Assembly: GCA_025457815.1 (NCBI GenBank)
Contig: JALOTQ010000002.1
Coordinates: 1 to 59,259 of the forward strand
Reading direction: 5' to 3'
Length of the DNA stretch: 59,259 nt
From: Thermoplasmata archaeon
Lineage (GTDB): Archaea > Thermoplasmatota > Thermoplasmata > UBA10834
The first letter of the stretch is position 1. The number at the start of each line of letters is the position of its first letter. Under the pieces are notes generated by a model, which did no database searches, was not told the DNA's origin, and saw only the letters and a list, made by a program, of their open reading frames with translations. Positions 37,193 through 46,982 of the stretch are shown one piece after another. The position numbers and the translations under genes were made by a program.

Positions 37193-38428
37193 TCACATGA
37201 GCGTGGTCTGGTACCGCAGCTTGTAGTTCTTCAGCTGGCTCAGAATCTCGTCCTCTTCCAGTATCTTCTTCGCTTCCACCACAGGAACGCTCGGCTCAAT
37301 CTCCTTGGTTCTCCCCCCTCGTCCGAAGGATTTGACCCGGGCGTGTATGATACCAAGCATGTCCAGCTCAGATATGAGGTCGGTTATCCTGCGCTGGGTG
37401 AGTATCGCCATGGACGTGCATTGACAGAGCTCCTTGTAGGTCTCGTAGAGGTCGCCCGTCGTGAGCTTTCCGTCCCCTCTCTCGCTGTTCAGCAGCACGC
37501 CCATCAAGACGAGCTTGGACTGGACAGGAAGGGTCCGTATCGCCTCGGTCACGCAGTCGAGTTCGATCTTGTTCTTCGCCTTCACGACATCTGATTCGTT
37601 GACGACCGCGAGGTGATTCCTCTCGGCTATCTCGGCGGCCACCCTCAGCAGGTCGAGGGCGCGCCTGGCGTCGCCGTGCTCCTGCGCCGCGAGGGCGGCG
37701 CACAGCGGTATCACCGAGCCCTCCAGGACGTTGTCCGCGAAGGCGATCCGTGACCGCTGTTCCAGGATGTCCTTGAGCTGCTCTGCGTTGTAAGGCGGGA
37801 ACACCATCTTCTCCTCGCTCAGCGAGCTCTTGACGCGGGGGTCGAGGAACTCCATGAACCTCAGGTCGTTCGAGATGCCGATGACGCTGACCTTCGCGTT
37901 CTTGAGGTCGTCATTGATCCTGCAGAGGTGATAGAGCACGTCGTCGCCGCTCTTGGAGACGAGCTGGTCCACCTCGTCAAGAGCGATCACTATCACGCGC
38001 TTCTCCTCATCGATCTTCTCCCTCAGGATGCTGTAGACGCGCTCCGTGCTCCAGCCAGTGAATGGGATGCGCTCCTCGAAGTTCTCGATGAACCTGTTGC
38101 CGATGTTCTGCAGGATGCCGTACTGGGTGTCTATAACCTCGCAGTTCATGTAGATGAAGTGGACCCTGTTGAGGCTGGAATTGGCACGCTCGATTTCCTT
38201 TCCGATGTACTTCATGCACGCCGTCTTGCCCGTGCCTGTCTTTCCGAACAGGAGAACGTTGGAGGGCCTCTGACCCTCCAGCGCGGTCACAAGGATGGCC
38301 GCGAGCTGGTTGATCTGCTCCTCTCTGTGAGGCAGAACGTCAGGTATGTAGGACGGCCTCAGCACGTCCTTGTCGCCCTTGAATATAGACTGCGCTCTCA
38401 TGTACTGCTGGAATATGGTGTCCTGCAT
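37193..38428 (-). CDS. cdc6: Orc1/Cdc6 replication initiator
   Basis: LPHREEQ, GKTGTGKT, LDEVD, LDPRVKSSL, FPPYN, HGDARRALDLL, C-terminal wHTH SFGRGGRT. Confidence 0.97.
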   Translation of the reverse strand: MQDTIFQQYMRAQSIFKGDKDVLRPSYIPDVLPHREEQINQLAAILVTALEGQRPSNVLLFGKTGTGKTACMKYIGKEIERANSSLNRVHFIYMNCEVIDTQYGILQNIGNRFIENFEERIPFTGWSTERVYSILREKIDEEKRVIVIALDEVDQLVSKSGDDVLYHLCRINDDLKNAKVSVIGISNDLRFMEFLDPRVKSSLSEEKMVFPPYNAEQLKDILEQRSRIAFADNVLEGSVIPLCAALAAQEHGDARRALDLLRVAAEIAERNHLAVVNESDVVKAKNKIELDCVTEAIRTLPVQSKLVLMGVLLNSERGDGKLTTGDLYETYKELCQCTSMAILTQRRITDLISELDMLGIIHARVKSFGRGGRTKEIEPSVPVVEAKKILEEDEILSQLKNYKLRYQTTLM

Positions 38429-38460
38429 CTCCGTCCCCCGCAGAAGCGAAAAAGCTCCTT

Positions 38461-38486
38461 CCCTCCCCCTAGATTTCCTATGGAAG
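38461..38486 (-). repeat. ORB element 1
   Basis: CTTCCATAGGAAATCTAGGGGGAGGG on the minus strand. Confidence 0.8.
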
Positions 38487-38498
38487 CCGCTCTCGGAA

Positions 38499-38516
38499 TC
38501 CATGCGAAATTGAGGG
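38499..38516 (+). repeat. ORB element 2
   Basis: TCCATGCGAAATTGAGGG. Confidence 0.65.
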
Positions 38517-38683
38517 AATGAGGGAATACAGTAGAAGTTACTTAAGCGTTAATTTTATTGGAAGATATCATTTTTTCCGCAGTGCGGGAATTTCGGTGAA
38601 TATCTTGAGCCAGCATCTTGTGAAAATGAGCCGTCGAGAATAAAAGAATTCTATGCACACCGATGCTCATTGCATGAGGGGGA

Positions 38684-38704
38684 CCCCATGATTTCCTGTG
38701 GAAC
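38684..38704 (-). repeat. ORB element 3
   Basis: GTTCCACAGGAAATCATGGGG on the minus strand. Confidence 0.82.
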
Positions 38705-38742
38705 CGCGCGGAGGGCGACCACCCCGAGCCCCTATGGGGACC

Positions 38743-38760
38743 CTCCAACGGAAGCCGGGG
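38743..38760 (+). repeat. ORB element 4 (degenerate)
   Basis: CTCCAACGGAAGCCGGGG. Confidence 0.55.
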
Positions 38761-38836
38761 TTCTCGGTGCCCAGAAATCTCGGATTTCGTCATCGAAGGA
38801 CATTATACTGTGCTAGTACCTAAGCATATTCCAATC

Positions 38837-40114
38837 ATGAAGAGAATAGCGATCATAACAATCGCCGAGGACACGGAGGAGATGCGCTCTCTCCTCGACA
38901 CGTTGGGATATTCTGTTGTGAAGGAGTACCTCCAGAAGAGGAATCATCCACACAAGGTAGGATTTCTCGGACCAGGAAGGATAGAAGAGATAGCGGAAGA
39001 AGTCAAGGAACTTGAATTGGACATGATCGTGGTCAATGGATCACTGAAGCCTTCTCAACACCACTACTTGGAGATGCTGTTCCAGATGGAGTGCATGGAC
39101 CGGCCAGGGGTGATACTGAGGATCTTCGCGGATCACGCTCACACTCCCGAAGCAATCGCGCAAGTCACGCTGGCCAAGCTGAGATATGAGCTACCATTCC
39201 TCAGAGAATGGATACACAAAGCAAAGAGCGGGGACAGACCGGGTTTCCTTGCCGGTGGCGCTTACGCGACGGACGTCTATTTCGAGCATGCCAAGACTCA
39301 CGCTAGAGCCATAGAACAGAGCCTCGTTGATCTCTCAAGACAGAGAGAGATCACGAGATCTAAGAGACACGCGAAGGGATACTCGCTTGTCTCTCTAGCG
39401 GGCTATACAAACGCTGGTAAGTCGGCTCTTATGAACGCTCTCTGTGAATCTCAGGTGGAAGTCGACAACCGTCTCTTCTCGACGCTGTCCACGACCACCA
39501 GAAGAATCGCTGGGGCCAGGAGCAATGTCCTCATCACGGACACAGTCGGCTTCATCAGGGACCTTCCACCGGATCTGGTTGATGCATTCAATTCCACGCT
39601 TGAAGAGATCTTCTATGCTGATTTGATACTCCTCGTACTCGACGTGAGTGAGAGTCTCGAATCGATGAAGTCGAAGCTGAAGACTTCAATCGAGATTCTC
39701 GAGCCAAAGGTCGACAAGCATTCTGTGATAGTCGTTGGGAACAAGGTAGATTTGATTTCGAAAGATGCAAGAGCTACCATCGAGCAGACAATCAGGAGCG
39801 TCGAAGGCGCTTGCGAAATCATGTTCGTGTCCGCTAAGGACGGTACCGGACTCAATCCACTCAGAGAGAGGATTGTCAGGGTACAGGGGTATGATCGTAA
39901 AATCGAGGTCACATTGCCATTGACCGACCAAGCCTACAGTCTCATGTCCAGTCTTCGTTCGGTTGCCAAGGTCGAGACCGAGGTTGTCAAGAACCATCTA
40001 AAGGGGGAGTTGTGGTGCAAGCCCGAAGACGTCGACAAGATCACTCAGAGGCTGCGCAAGGCAGGAGCCCACGTCCTGAAGGCAAGAGAGACTCAAGGCG
40101 GACCCCCGTCATAG
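38837..40114 (+). CDS. hflX: Ribosome-associated GTPase HflX
   Basis: AQVTLAKLRYELP, AGYTNAGKS, LFSTL, DTVGFI, FNSTLEE, NKVD. Confidence 0.94.
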   Translation: MKRIAIITIAEDTEEMRSLLDTLGYSVVKEYLQKRNHPHKVGFLGPGRIEEIAEEVKELELDMIVVNGSLKPSQHHYLEMLFQMECMDRPGVILRIFADHAHTPEAIAQVTLAKLRYELPFLREWIHKAKSGDRPGFLAGGAYATDVYFEHAKTHARAIEQSLVDLSRQREITRSKRHAKGYSLVSLAGYTNAGKSALMNALCESQVEVDNRLFSTLSTTTRRIAGARSNVLITDTVGFIRDLPPDLVDAFNSTLEEIFYADLILLVLDVSESLESMKSKLKTSIEILEPKVDKHSVIVVGNKVDLISKDARATIEQTIRSVEGACEIMFVSAKDGTGLNPLRERIVRVQGYDRKIEVTLPLTDQAYSLMSSLRSVAKVETEVVKNHLKGELWCKPEDVDKITQRLRKAGAHVLKARETQGGPPS

Positions 40115-40150
40115 GGGTCACGGGCTCCACAAGAAGAGAAGGGGGGCCTC

Positions 40151-40540
40151 TCAGATCTTGAGTTCCTTCTTCTTGGCAATCACTTCGTCCTCAAACCTCT
40201 GCGGAAGAGACCACGCAAGGTACTCAATGTCGTCGATGTTCCTGACGAACTTGGCCTTGCTGGGCGTGTCAATCAGCTTCGCGAGCTTTCGGGTCTTCTT
40301 GATGTAGTCGTAGAACCACCAGATGCAGATTACGAATCCTATGGGTCCCGCTACGAAGAGCCACGTCACCCAGTTCCCGAACGGTGTCACGAGATCGTTG
40401 AGGAACGATATCGACTGGGGGAGTCCATGCCCGAGGTCAACATAGACGCCGATTATGCCTATCGCTGACAGGACTCCAAACAGGAGGCTCAGGAAGCTGC
40501 TGAGCTCGAGCCTGTACTCCGTCAATGGACTCTTGGACAC
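40151..40540 (-). CDS. Two-TM membrane protein (DUF3198-like)
   Basis: AGGTGG SD + GTG; two TM helices then TPSKAKFVRNIDDIEYLAWSLP. Confidence 0.7.
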   Translation of the reverse strand: MSKSPLTEYRLELSSFLSLLFGVLSAIGIIGVYVDLGHGLPQSISFLNDLVTPFGNWVTWLFVAGPIGFVICIWWFYDYIKKTRKLAKLIDTPSKAKFVRNIDDIEYLAWSLPQRFEDEVIAKKKELKI

Positions 40541-40647
40541 TCTTCCACCTGGGCATCCGTTAGATGGGAACCCGTTAAAATGGTTTTCTCCTCCGAGGCC
40601 TACCTGTACGGGCAATTGTCATCCGGGCTTGGGGCCAACCCCCAGCC

Positions 40648-41304
40648 ATGCGCCTCAAGATTCCGTGCCCGTTGCACTCGAGCGTAATCCTTTCGGTCCT
40701 TCTTGGCCTCCTGGTGGTAATGTCCGTCTCAAGCCCGGTGCCAGTGGTGTCCATCTCCTCTGTCCAGGATCTCGATGAAGGGACCGAAATACGGGTCATC
40801 GGGGTGGTCTCGGACCTGAGGAGGTACGACAGCGGCACAGAGGCAATCGTGCTCGTGGATCTAGATGACGGTCGTAGCGTGAGCGTATACTGCATCGAAG
40901 GCATGGGCGATCCGCCGGGAACCTACGCCAACATCGGCGACGAGCTCTCGGTCACCGGAACGGTCATGCGGTCGGCCGGTCTGGCAACAATCCTGACCAG
41001 CCCGAGCCAGGTGGTCCTCTCCAGGACGTCTGAGTACGTGCTCAGCTGCGACCTCCTCTCGGAGAATTGGCAGTCGTTTCTGAACGACGAGATCTGCATC
41101 AGGGGCCGAGTCGTCGAGGACACCCTTTCAGGAGGGGCAAGGCTGGGCGACGAGTCGGGCCACGCGTCGATACAGCTGTGGTCCTCGTCGACGGACCTGG
41201 CGACTTACATTGGCTCTTGTGTGGTTCTCTCGGGGCAACTGCAGATGGACCTCTCGCGGCTCGCGCTCTGCATATCTGTGGACTTGATCAGACCCCAACA
41301 ATGA
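40648..41304 (+). CDS. Membrane-anchored/secreted tandem OB-fold protein
   Basis: N-terminal hydrophobic anchor; two IRVIGVV / ICIRGRVV..GD.L.V.G OB-like repeats. Confidence 0.65.
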   Translation: MRLKIPCPLHSSVILSVLLGLLVVMSVSSPVPVVSISSVQDLDEGTEIRVIGVVSDLRRYDSGTEAIVLVDLDDGRSVSVYCIEGMGDPPGTYANIGDELSVTGTVMRSAGLATILTSPSQVVLSRTSEYVLSCDLLSENWQSFLNDEICIRGRVVEDTLSGGARLGDESGHASIQLWSSSTDLATYIGSCVVLSGQLQMDLSRLALCISVDLIRPQQ

Positions 41305-41331
41305 CGAAAACTCTTTTCAGGCCGTCCTGCC

Positions 41332-42669
41332 ATGGCCATTGCCGTGCCTGGAACGCATCTAGCCTTCGACGACACCGACTCCCCCGAGGGCATGTGCACG
41401 ACGTATCTGGCGACGCTCATGCTCGAGGAGTTCGCGGACCTCGACCTCATCGGCCTGCCCAGGCTCGTTCGCTTGAACCCGAACATACCGTGGAAAACCA
41501 GGGGTAACGCGGCCATCAGTCTGTGCTTGGGGCGAGGTTCCGGCAAGTCGAGGCTCTGTGGCCACGTGGCCGACACCGACATCAGGTGCTATGATCGAGG
41601 TGCTCCCGTGGATCCCGCAGAGTTGTTGGAGAGAGCCTCCAAGGTTCTCAAGCGGGTCGCAAGGTTCGACTGCGACAAGACGAACCCGGGCATAGTGGCG
41701 TCCCGCGCCAAGCCCCCTCCTGCGCTGTACTGGGGCGCCGTCAGAGGGATACTCGGGCTTCGCGATGTCGAGTCGCAGCTGAAGCGCTCGGGCGCCAGAT
41801 GGCGGAAGTTCAAGAACGGCCGCGGTGTCATCGGAGCCGCATCTGCGATGTCTTGGCGCCCCAGGGACCGCACTTGGGAGGTAATCGCTTACAGGTCGCC
41901 AGATCTAGTGGGGACGCGCCGCAGCATCTCCGACGAAAGCGTCATCGCGATGGACAGGGCGACGAGACGGACCTTCAACAACTACGACTACGAGAACCAT
42001 CACATCGCCATCGCTCCGGGCTCCCCCTGCCCCATCCTCTTCGGCATCAGGGGGGACTCCTCGGACGAGCTCCTCAAGGCGAAAGACATGATCAGGGGCG
42101 AGAGGCCGAGCAAATGGCTTCTGTTCATGACCAACCAGGGCACAGACGACCACATCGTGCCCAAGAGGGTAAGGTCCTTGAAGCCGAGGGATTCGGCGCG
42201 GGTGGATGTCCGGGTCGCGAAATACCCGGTGACCGTGCCGGGCAAGCATGTGATACTCAGGGTCACGGACGGGTGCGAGATGGACGCGGCGTTCTATGAA
42301 CCCTCAAGGGCGTTCCGTGATGTCGCTCGTGCGCTCATTCCCGGAGACGAGGTCACTCTCTACGGATCGGTCAGGGAGACACCTCGGAGCCTGAATGTCG
42401 AGAAGATGCTTGTGCGCAGGCTCGTCAGGGATGTTCGGAAGTCGCACAACCCGATGTGTGATGCTTGCGGCAAGAGGATGGGCTCGGTCGGAGCGAATCA
42501 GGGGTTCCGCTGCAAGAAGTGCGGCAAGAAAGCCCCGTACTCGCGTGCGATATTCGAGAAGCACGCGCGCAATGTGAAGCCAGGTTGGTACGAGCCGCCC
42601 GTCGCATCGCGCCGGCACCTTCACAAGCCTATACGGCGATTGTCGAGGGTGAACATAGACAATCTATAA
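41332..42669 (+). CDS. tiaS: tRNA(Ile2) 2-agmatinylcytidine synthetase
   Basis: DDTDSPEGMCTTY, LVRLNPNIPWKTRGN, TNQGTDDH, OB fold, zinc ribbon, RRHLHKP. Confidence 0.96.
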   Translation: MAIAVPGTHLAFDDTDSPEGMCTTYLATLMLEEFADLDLIGLPRLVRLNPNIPWKTRGNAAISLCLGRGSGKSRLCGHVADTDIRCYDRGAPVDPAELLERASKVLKRVARFDCDKTNPGIVASRAKPPPALYWGAVRGILGLRDVESQLKRSGARWRKFKNGRGVIGAASAMSWRPRDRTWEVIAYRSPDLVGTRRSISDESVIAMDRATRRTFNNYDYENHHIAIAPGSPCPILFGIRGDSSDELLKAKDMIRGERPSKWLLFMTNQGTDDHIVPKRVRSLKPRDSARVDVRVAKYPVTVPGKHVILRVTDGCEMDAAFYEPSRAFRDVARALIPGDEVTLYGSVRETPRSLNVEKMLVRRLVRDVRKSHNPMCDACGKRMGSVGANQGFRCKKCGKKAPYSRAIFEKHARNVKPGWYEPPVASRRHLHKPIRRLSRVNIDNL

Positions 42670-42741
42670 ATACGCTCAGGGAAATCATCGCACCAGACAC
42701 CGGGACCAGGGATTCCCTGGGCTGTCGGCGAGTGATGGGTT

Positions 42742-43917
42742 ATGAAAGAAGCAGTGATTGTCAGTGCCACGAGGACTCCAGTGGGCAAGTTCGGCGGCGC
42801 GCTCAAGGACATGAGCGCCTCGAAGATAGGCGCCGTAGCGATCAGAGAGGCAGTTCGAAGGGCCAGGATCGACCCAAAGGAGGTCGAGGAATGCATCATG
42901 GGCAACGTGATCTCCGCAGGCCTGGGCCAGAACCCTGCGAGGCAGGCGGCGCTCTGGGGAGGGCTTACGGACCAGGTGTCTGCGCTGACCATCAACAAGG
43001 TCTGCGGCTCCAGCCTGAAGGCCGCGATGCTCGCAGCGGACTCTATCCTCGCGGGCAGGCAGAAGGTCATCGTCGCTGGTGGCATGGAGAGCATGACCAA
43101 CGCCCCGTATCTTCTCGAGAAGGCCCGCTTCGGCTACAAGCTGTTCGATTCGACCCTTGTGGATTCGATGGTCAGGGACGGTCTTTGGGAGGCCTTCAAC
43201 AACTATCACATGGGCAACACGGGCGAGATAGTCGCGCAGAGGCACGGCATTTCCAGGGTGGATGCAGACAAGTTCGCCCTCTGGAGCCATCAGAAGGCCG
43301 CGAAGGCGATCAAGAGCGGCGCCTTCAAAGAGGAGATTGTCCACGTTGAGATACCTTCGAAGAAGGAGGTCTCGTTGTTCTCTGTCGACGAAGGGCCCAG
43401 AGAGGACAGCTCTCTCGAGGCTTTGGCGAAGCTGAAACCCGTCTTCAAGTCGGACGGAGTCCTGACGGCAGGCAACTCCTCGAGCATCAACGACGGGGCC
43501 TCGGCTCTGGTCGTGATGGACTCTGAGTTCGCCAGGGAGAAAGGCCTTCACCCGCTCGTGAAGATCGTTGACTACGTCACCGCGGGCGTGAAGCCAGAGT
43601 TGATCATGGAGGCCCCGATCGACGCCACGAAGAAGCTGCTGGATCGGAACAAGCTGCAGATCTCCGACATCGACCTCTTCGAGCACAACGAGGCGTTCTC
43701 CACGGCATCGATTGCGGTCATGAAATCCCTCGGCGTGCCCGAGGACAGGTTCAATGTCAACGGCGGGGCCGTGGCCCTCGGTCACCCGATCGGCTGCAGC
43801 GGCGCTCGAGTTATGACGACGCTCATCTACGCCATGCGTAGCAGGAACGCGAAGAGGGGCATCGCGACGCTGTGCCTCGGCGGAGGGAACGCCGTGGCGA
43901 TGTTGGTCGAACAGTAG
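42742..43917 (+). CDS. Acetyl-CoA C-acetyltransferase (thiolase)
   Basis: RTPVGKFGG, NKVCGS, NEAF, NGGAVALGHPIG, CLGGG. Confidence 0.95.
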   Translation: MKEAVIVSATRTPVGKFGGALKDMSASKIGAVAIREAVRRARIDPKEVEECIMGNVISAGLGQNPARQAALWGGLTDQVSALTINKVCGSSLKAAMLAADSILAGRQKVIVAGGMESMTNAPYLLEKARFGYKLFDSTLVDSMVRDGLWEAFNNYHMGNTGEIVAQRHGISRVDADKFALWSHQKAAKAIKSGAFKEEIVHVEIPSKKEVSLFSVDEGPREDSSLEALAKLKPVFKSDGVLTAGNSSSINDGASALVVMDSEFAREKGLHPLVKIVDYVTAGVKPELIMEAPIDATKKLLDRNKLQISDIDLFEHNEAFSTASIAVMKSLGVPEDRFNVNGGAVALGHPIGCSGARVMTTLIYAMRSRNAKRGIATLCLGGGNAVAMLVEQ

Positions 43918-43992
43918 CACTCCATTGGCGGTACGATAAGCAGATATCTCAGGAGCGATTACCCGGCGATATCCCACCGGCGGATTGATTGC

Positions 43993-45231
43993 ATGGATGC
44001 TGCTGGACTGAAGCAAGCCGTCTTGAAGGACAGAGAACGGATGGTCGAGAGCCTTTGCTCGATGGTACGGATCAAGGCCATCGGGCCCGAGAGCCACGGA
44101 GAGGGGGAGGCGGAGCGCGGCAAGTACCTGGCCGCCCTTTCCAAGCAACTGGGGTTCAAGTCCGTCGAGGTCCTCGAATCGGCCGATCCGCGGGTGCCTG
44201 CAGGCAAGCGCCCCAACATCGTGATACGGGTGAAGGGGACCTCGAACCGAAACCTATGGGTCGTCACGCACATGGATACGGTCCCCGAGGGCGATGTCGG
44301 AGCTTGGAAACACCCTCCGTTCGAGCCGAAGGTCACGAAAGACAAGATATCTGGCCGCGGGGTGGAGGACAATGGTCAGGAACTCATCGCATCCCTTTTC
44401 GGTCTCAGCGCTCTCCTCGAGACAGGAGTCACGCCGGAGTGCAACATCGGGCTGGTGTTCGTTTCGGATGAGGAGCACGGCAACACGCACGGGATAGATT
44501 TCCTCATCGACAAGGGGATCTTCAAGAGGGGCGACATGGCAGTCGTGCCAGACCACGGGCTTCCGGGCGGGACAGGTATCGCTGTCGTGGAGAAGAGCAT
44601 CGCATGGATCGAGGTTGAGGTCGTTGGCCGACAGACCCACGCGAGCACACCAGACAAGGGCGTGAACGCCTTCGAGGCCGCTGCGAGGTTCGCAGTGGCA
44701 GGGGTCGAGAGCCTGAGGAAGAAATTCCCAGAAGTAGATCCTCTGTTCGACAACCCCCGGAGCACATTCGAACCGACCAAGTGCGATTCCAACGGCCCCA
44801 ACGTCAACACCGTTCCGGGCAGGCAGACCTTCTCGTTCGATTTCCGCGTGCTGCCGAACTACAAGCTCGACGATATCATGGCGGAGCTGAGGAAGGCCGC
44901 GGACTCCGTCGAGAAGTCAACGGGCGCCAAGGTCAACATCTCTTGGCTTCAGCGTGCAGACGCTGCGCCCGGAACAGACCCCAAGTCAGAGATAGTCCTG
45001 AGGCTAGTAAGCGCGGTCGAGATCGTTAGGGGGACTAAGCCTCATCCTTTCGGCATCGGAGGCGGGACCTGTGCCGCACCCTTCAGGAGGCTAGGCATAG
45101 AATCGGCCGTCTGGTCCTCGAGCACCGAGACGGCGCACGATGCGAACGAGTACATACTGATCGATGACATGGTATCAGACGCGCAGGTCTATGCGCTTCT
45201 GTTCGCCGGAAAGAACATCGGGAAGTCCTAG
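43993..45231 (+). CDS. M20 family metallohydrolase (ArgE/DapE-like)
   Basis: HMDTVP, GRGVEDNG, SDEE, QTHAS, GGGT, AHDANE. Confidence 0.92.
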   Translation: MDAAGLKQAVLKDRERMVESLCSMVRIKAIGPESHGEGEAERGKYLAALSKQLGFKSVEVLESADPRVPAGKRPNIVIRVKGTSNRNLWVVTHMDTVPEGDVGAWKHPPFEPKVTKDKISGRGVEDNGQELIASLFGLSALLETGVTPECNIGLVFVSDEEHGNTHGIDFLIDKGIFKRGDMAVVPDHGLPGGTGIAVVEKSIAWIEVEVVGRQTHASTPDKGVNAFEAAARFAVAGVESLRKKFPEVDPLFDNPRSTFEPTKCDSNGPNVNTVPGRQTFSFDFRVLPNYKLDDIMAELRKAADSVEKSTGAKVNISWLQRADAAPGTDPKSEIVLRLVSAVEIVRGTKPHPFGIGGGTCAAPFRRLGIESAVWSSSTETAHDANEYILIDDMVSDAQVYALLFAGKNIGKS

Positions 45232-46193
45232 AGCTCCGGCGAGCTCTTCGCTTTCGGATCTCCGAAGATCCTCGCGACCATCCAGTCCGCGTCGAACCTT
45301 CCGAATTCGGCGTACTCCTGGCCGTGGCTGATGTAGACTATGGGCTTGCCGATGGTCTTAGCTATCGAAAGGGCCGCTCCGCCTTTCGCGTCGGCATCGA
45401 TCTTAGTCAGTATAACCCCGTCAATCCCAACAGCGTCGTTGAACCTCCGCGCCTGCTCGACAGCGTCCGAGCCCGCAAGAGCGTCCCCGACGAAGAACAC
45501 GATGTCAGGCTTCGCCACGCGCTTGATCTTCTTCATCTCGTCCATGAGATTCGTGTTGGTCTGCATGCGTCCCGCCGTGTCTATCAGGACTACATCCTTC
45601 TTCCTCGCCTTCGCATGCTCGACCGCGTCGAAGGCCACAGCGGCGGGGTCGCTCCCTTCCTGATGCTTGATTATCTTGCACCCGAGCTTCTCGCTGTGCA
45701 GGGTGAGCTGTTCTATCGCACCCGCTCTGAAGGTGTCTCCAGCCGCTAGCACGCAGCTCAGCCCGTGCTTCTGCATCCTGTAAGCGAGCTTCGCGATGGC
45801 GGTTGTCTTGCCGCCGCCATTGATCCCGACGAACATTATCACCAACGGCCCAGACTTCGCTTTCATCTTGTCCGTCATGGACAGGGTCTTCTCGGAGAGG
45901 ACGTCCTTCACCGCAACCTTCAGCGCCAGCTTCACAGCCTCCTCCAGGTCGAAATCCTTGTCGATCCTCTTCCCAGACAGCGCGTCCTTGACCTTCTTCG
46001 TCAGCTCCTCCGCGACCGTCATGGCAACATCCGCTTCGAGGAGGCTGAGCTCCAGCTCGTGCAGTATGTCGTCGAGCACGCTGTCCTTCAGCCGTCTGCC
46101 CGACTCGTCAACCACTTCCGTGATGTCCTCTATCGGCTTGCTTTTGACCTCAGAGGATACCGAAAAGAGCTTCTCCCTGAGTCCGCGGAACAT
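45228..46193 (-). CDS. ftsY: SRP receptor FtsY
   Basis: GINGGGKTT, DTFRAGAIEQL, DTAGR, TKIDADAKGG. Confidence 0.97.
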   Translation of the reverse strand: MFRGLREKLFSVSSEVKSKPIEDITEVVDESGRRLKDSVLDDILHELELSLLEADVAMTVAEELTKKVKDALSGKRIDKDFDLEEAVKLALKVAVKDVLSEKTLSMTDKMKAKSGPLVIMFVGINGGGKTTAIAKLAYRMQKHGLSCVLAAGDTFRAGAIEQLTLHSEKLGCKIIKHQEGSDPAAVAFDAVEHAKARKKDVVLIDTAGRMQTNTNLMDEMKKIKRVAKPDIVFFVGDALAGSDAVEQARRFNDAVGIDGVILTKIDADAKGGAALSIAKTIGKPIVYISHGQEYAEFGRFDADWMVARIFGDPKAKSSPEL

Positions 46194-46202
46194 CTCATGC
46201 CC

Positions 46203-46649
46203 TCAGATCTGACCTCTACCCTGAAGCTGGTCGTACTGGCTCTGGACCTTCTCAGAGAGCTCCTGGATGAGACCTTCCGTCTCAGCCGCCTTCTCCGAGA
46301 TCGACTTGAATGCTCTCGAGAGGTCGTCTATGCGCGCGTCTAGAACCTTCTCGGTCTCCTCTGGGGACTTCCGAAGTGAGACACCTGAGCCTATCCCAAC
46401 GACGGCGTCCTTGTTGTCCGAGACCTTCGCGTGTATGTAGGAATCAGCACCAAGCGGGACAAGTATCTCCTCTCCCGGGGCGCTCTTCATGATCTGCCGC
46501 ACGGTTTCTCTGGCTCTGACGTGCTCGTCCACTGCCAGCTGTATGAGCTCCTGCTGCTTCATCAGCCCCTCAAGCTGGGCCTTGGCGGTCTCGAGCAACA
46601 TCACGTTGTCTCTTAGAACCTGTTCCGAGGGGGCTCCCTCGGGGCTCAT
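46203..46649 (-). CDS. pfdA: Prefoldin alpha subunit
   Basis: Coiled coil-EILVPLGA..VVGIGSGV-coiled coil; rpl18a-pfdA-ftsY synteny. Confidence 0.92.
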   Translation of the reverse strand: MSPEGAPSEQVLRDNVMLLETAKAQLEGLMKQQELIQLAVDEHVRARETVRQIMKSAPGEEILVPLGADSYIHAKVSDNKDAVVGIGSGVSLRKSPEETEKVLDARIDDLSRAFKSISEKAAETEGLIQELSEKVQSQYDQLQGRGQI

Positions 46650-46879
46650 TTCTTCGCCTCCAGCAGATGCCGGACCGCGTGGTCCGTCACCTCCTCGGCC
46701 TTCAGGGCCTTCACGTTTCCGATCTTGACCGATTTCCGCTTCACGCCGTGTCTGCTGCCCATGAGAGCCATCGTCTTCTCCCGCGCGCCGTTCTCGTCGG
46801 CCGCTGCGACCTCGATCGCGAACGGCTGCCACTTGCGGTAAGACATCATGAACTGACCGCTAACCTCGAACGCCTTCAT
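46646..46879 (-). CDS. rpl18a: 50S ribosomal protein L18Ae (LX/eL20)
   Basis: F.V.G..WQPF..EV..GSRHGVKR..I. Confidence 0.93.
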   Translation of the reverse strand: MKAFEVSGQFMMSYRKWQPFAIEVAAADENGAREKTMALMGSRHGVKRKSVKIGNVKALKAEEVTDHAVRHLLEAKK

Positions 46880-46982
46880 CTTGACCAGCACCGCCCTAGA
46901 GAGGGGCCTTCAGATAAAGCTTTTGTCCGCTCTCGTTTGAGGGGCAGCGCGCAGTCCACAAGGTTGATAATCAATGTTTACG

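Larger units (their letters stand above)
38461..38760. other. Chromosomal replication origin (oriC) with ORBs and an AT-rich DUE
   Basis: Four TCCA-N2-3-(G)GAA..G-string ORBs upstream of cdc6 flanking an AT-rich tract (~38526-38650). Confidence 0.85.

Noticed and set aside
42686..42737. Nested hairpin in the thiolase leader covering the SD
   Set aside because: Short GC-rich stems; the likely TSS from the TATA at ~42665 would cut the outer stem, so chance pairing cannot be excluded
42685..44148. Long antisense ORFs (487 aa here; also 4992-6464, 1749-2741, 56878-58131, 54522-55568)
   Set aside because: Shadow frames opposite well-conserved genes, expected from high GC3 codon bias; no recognisable motifs
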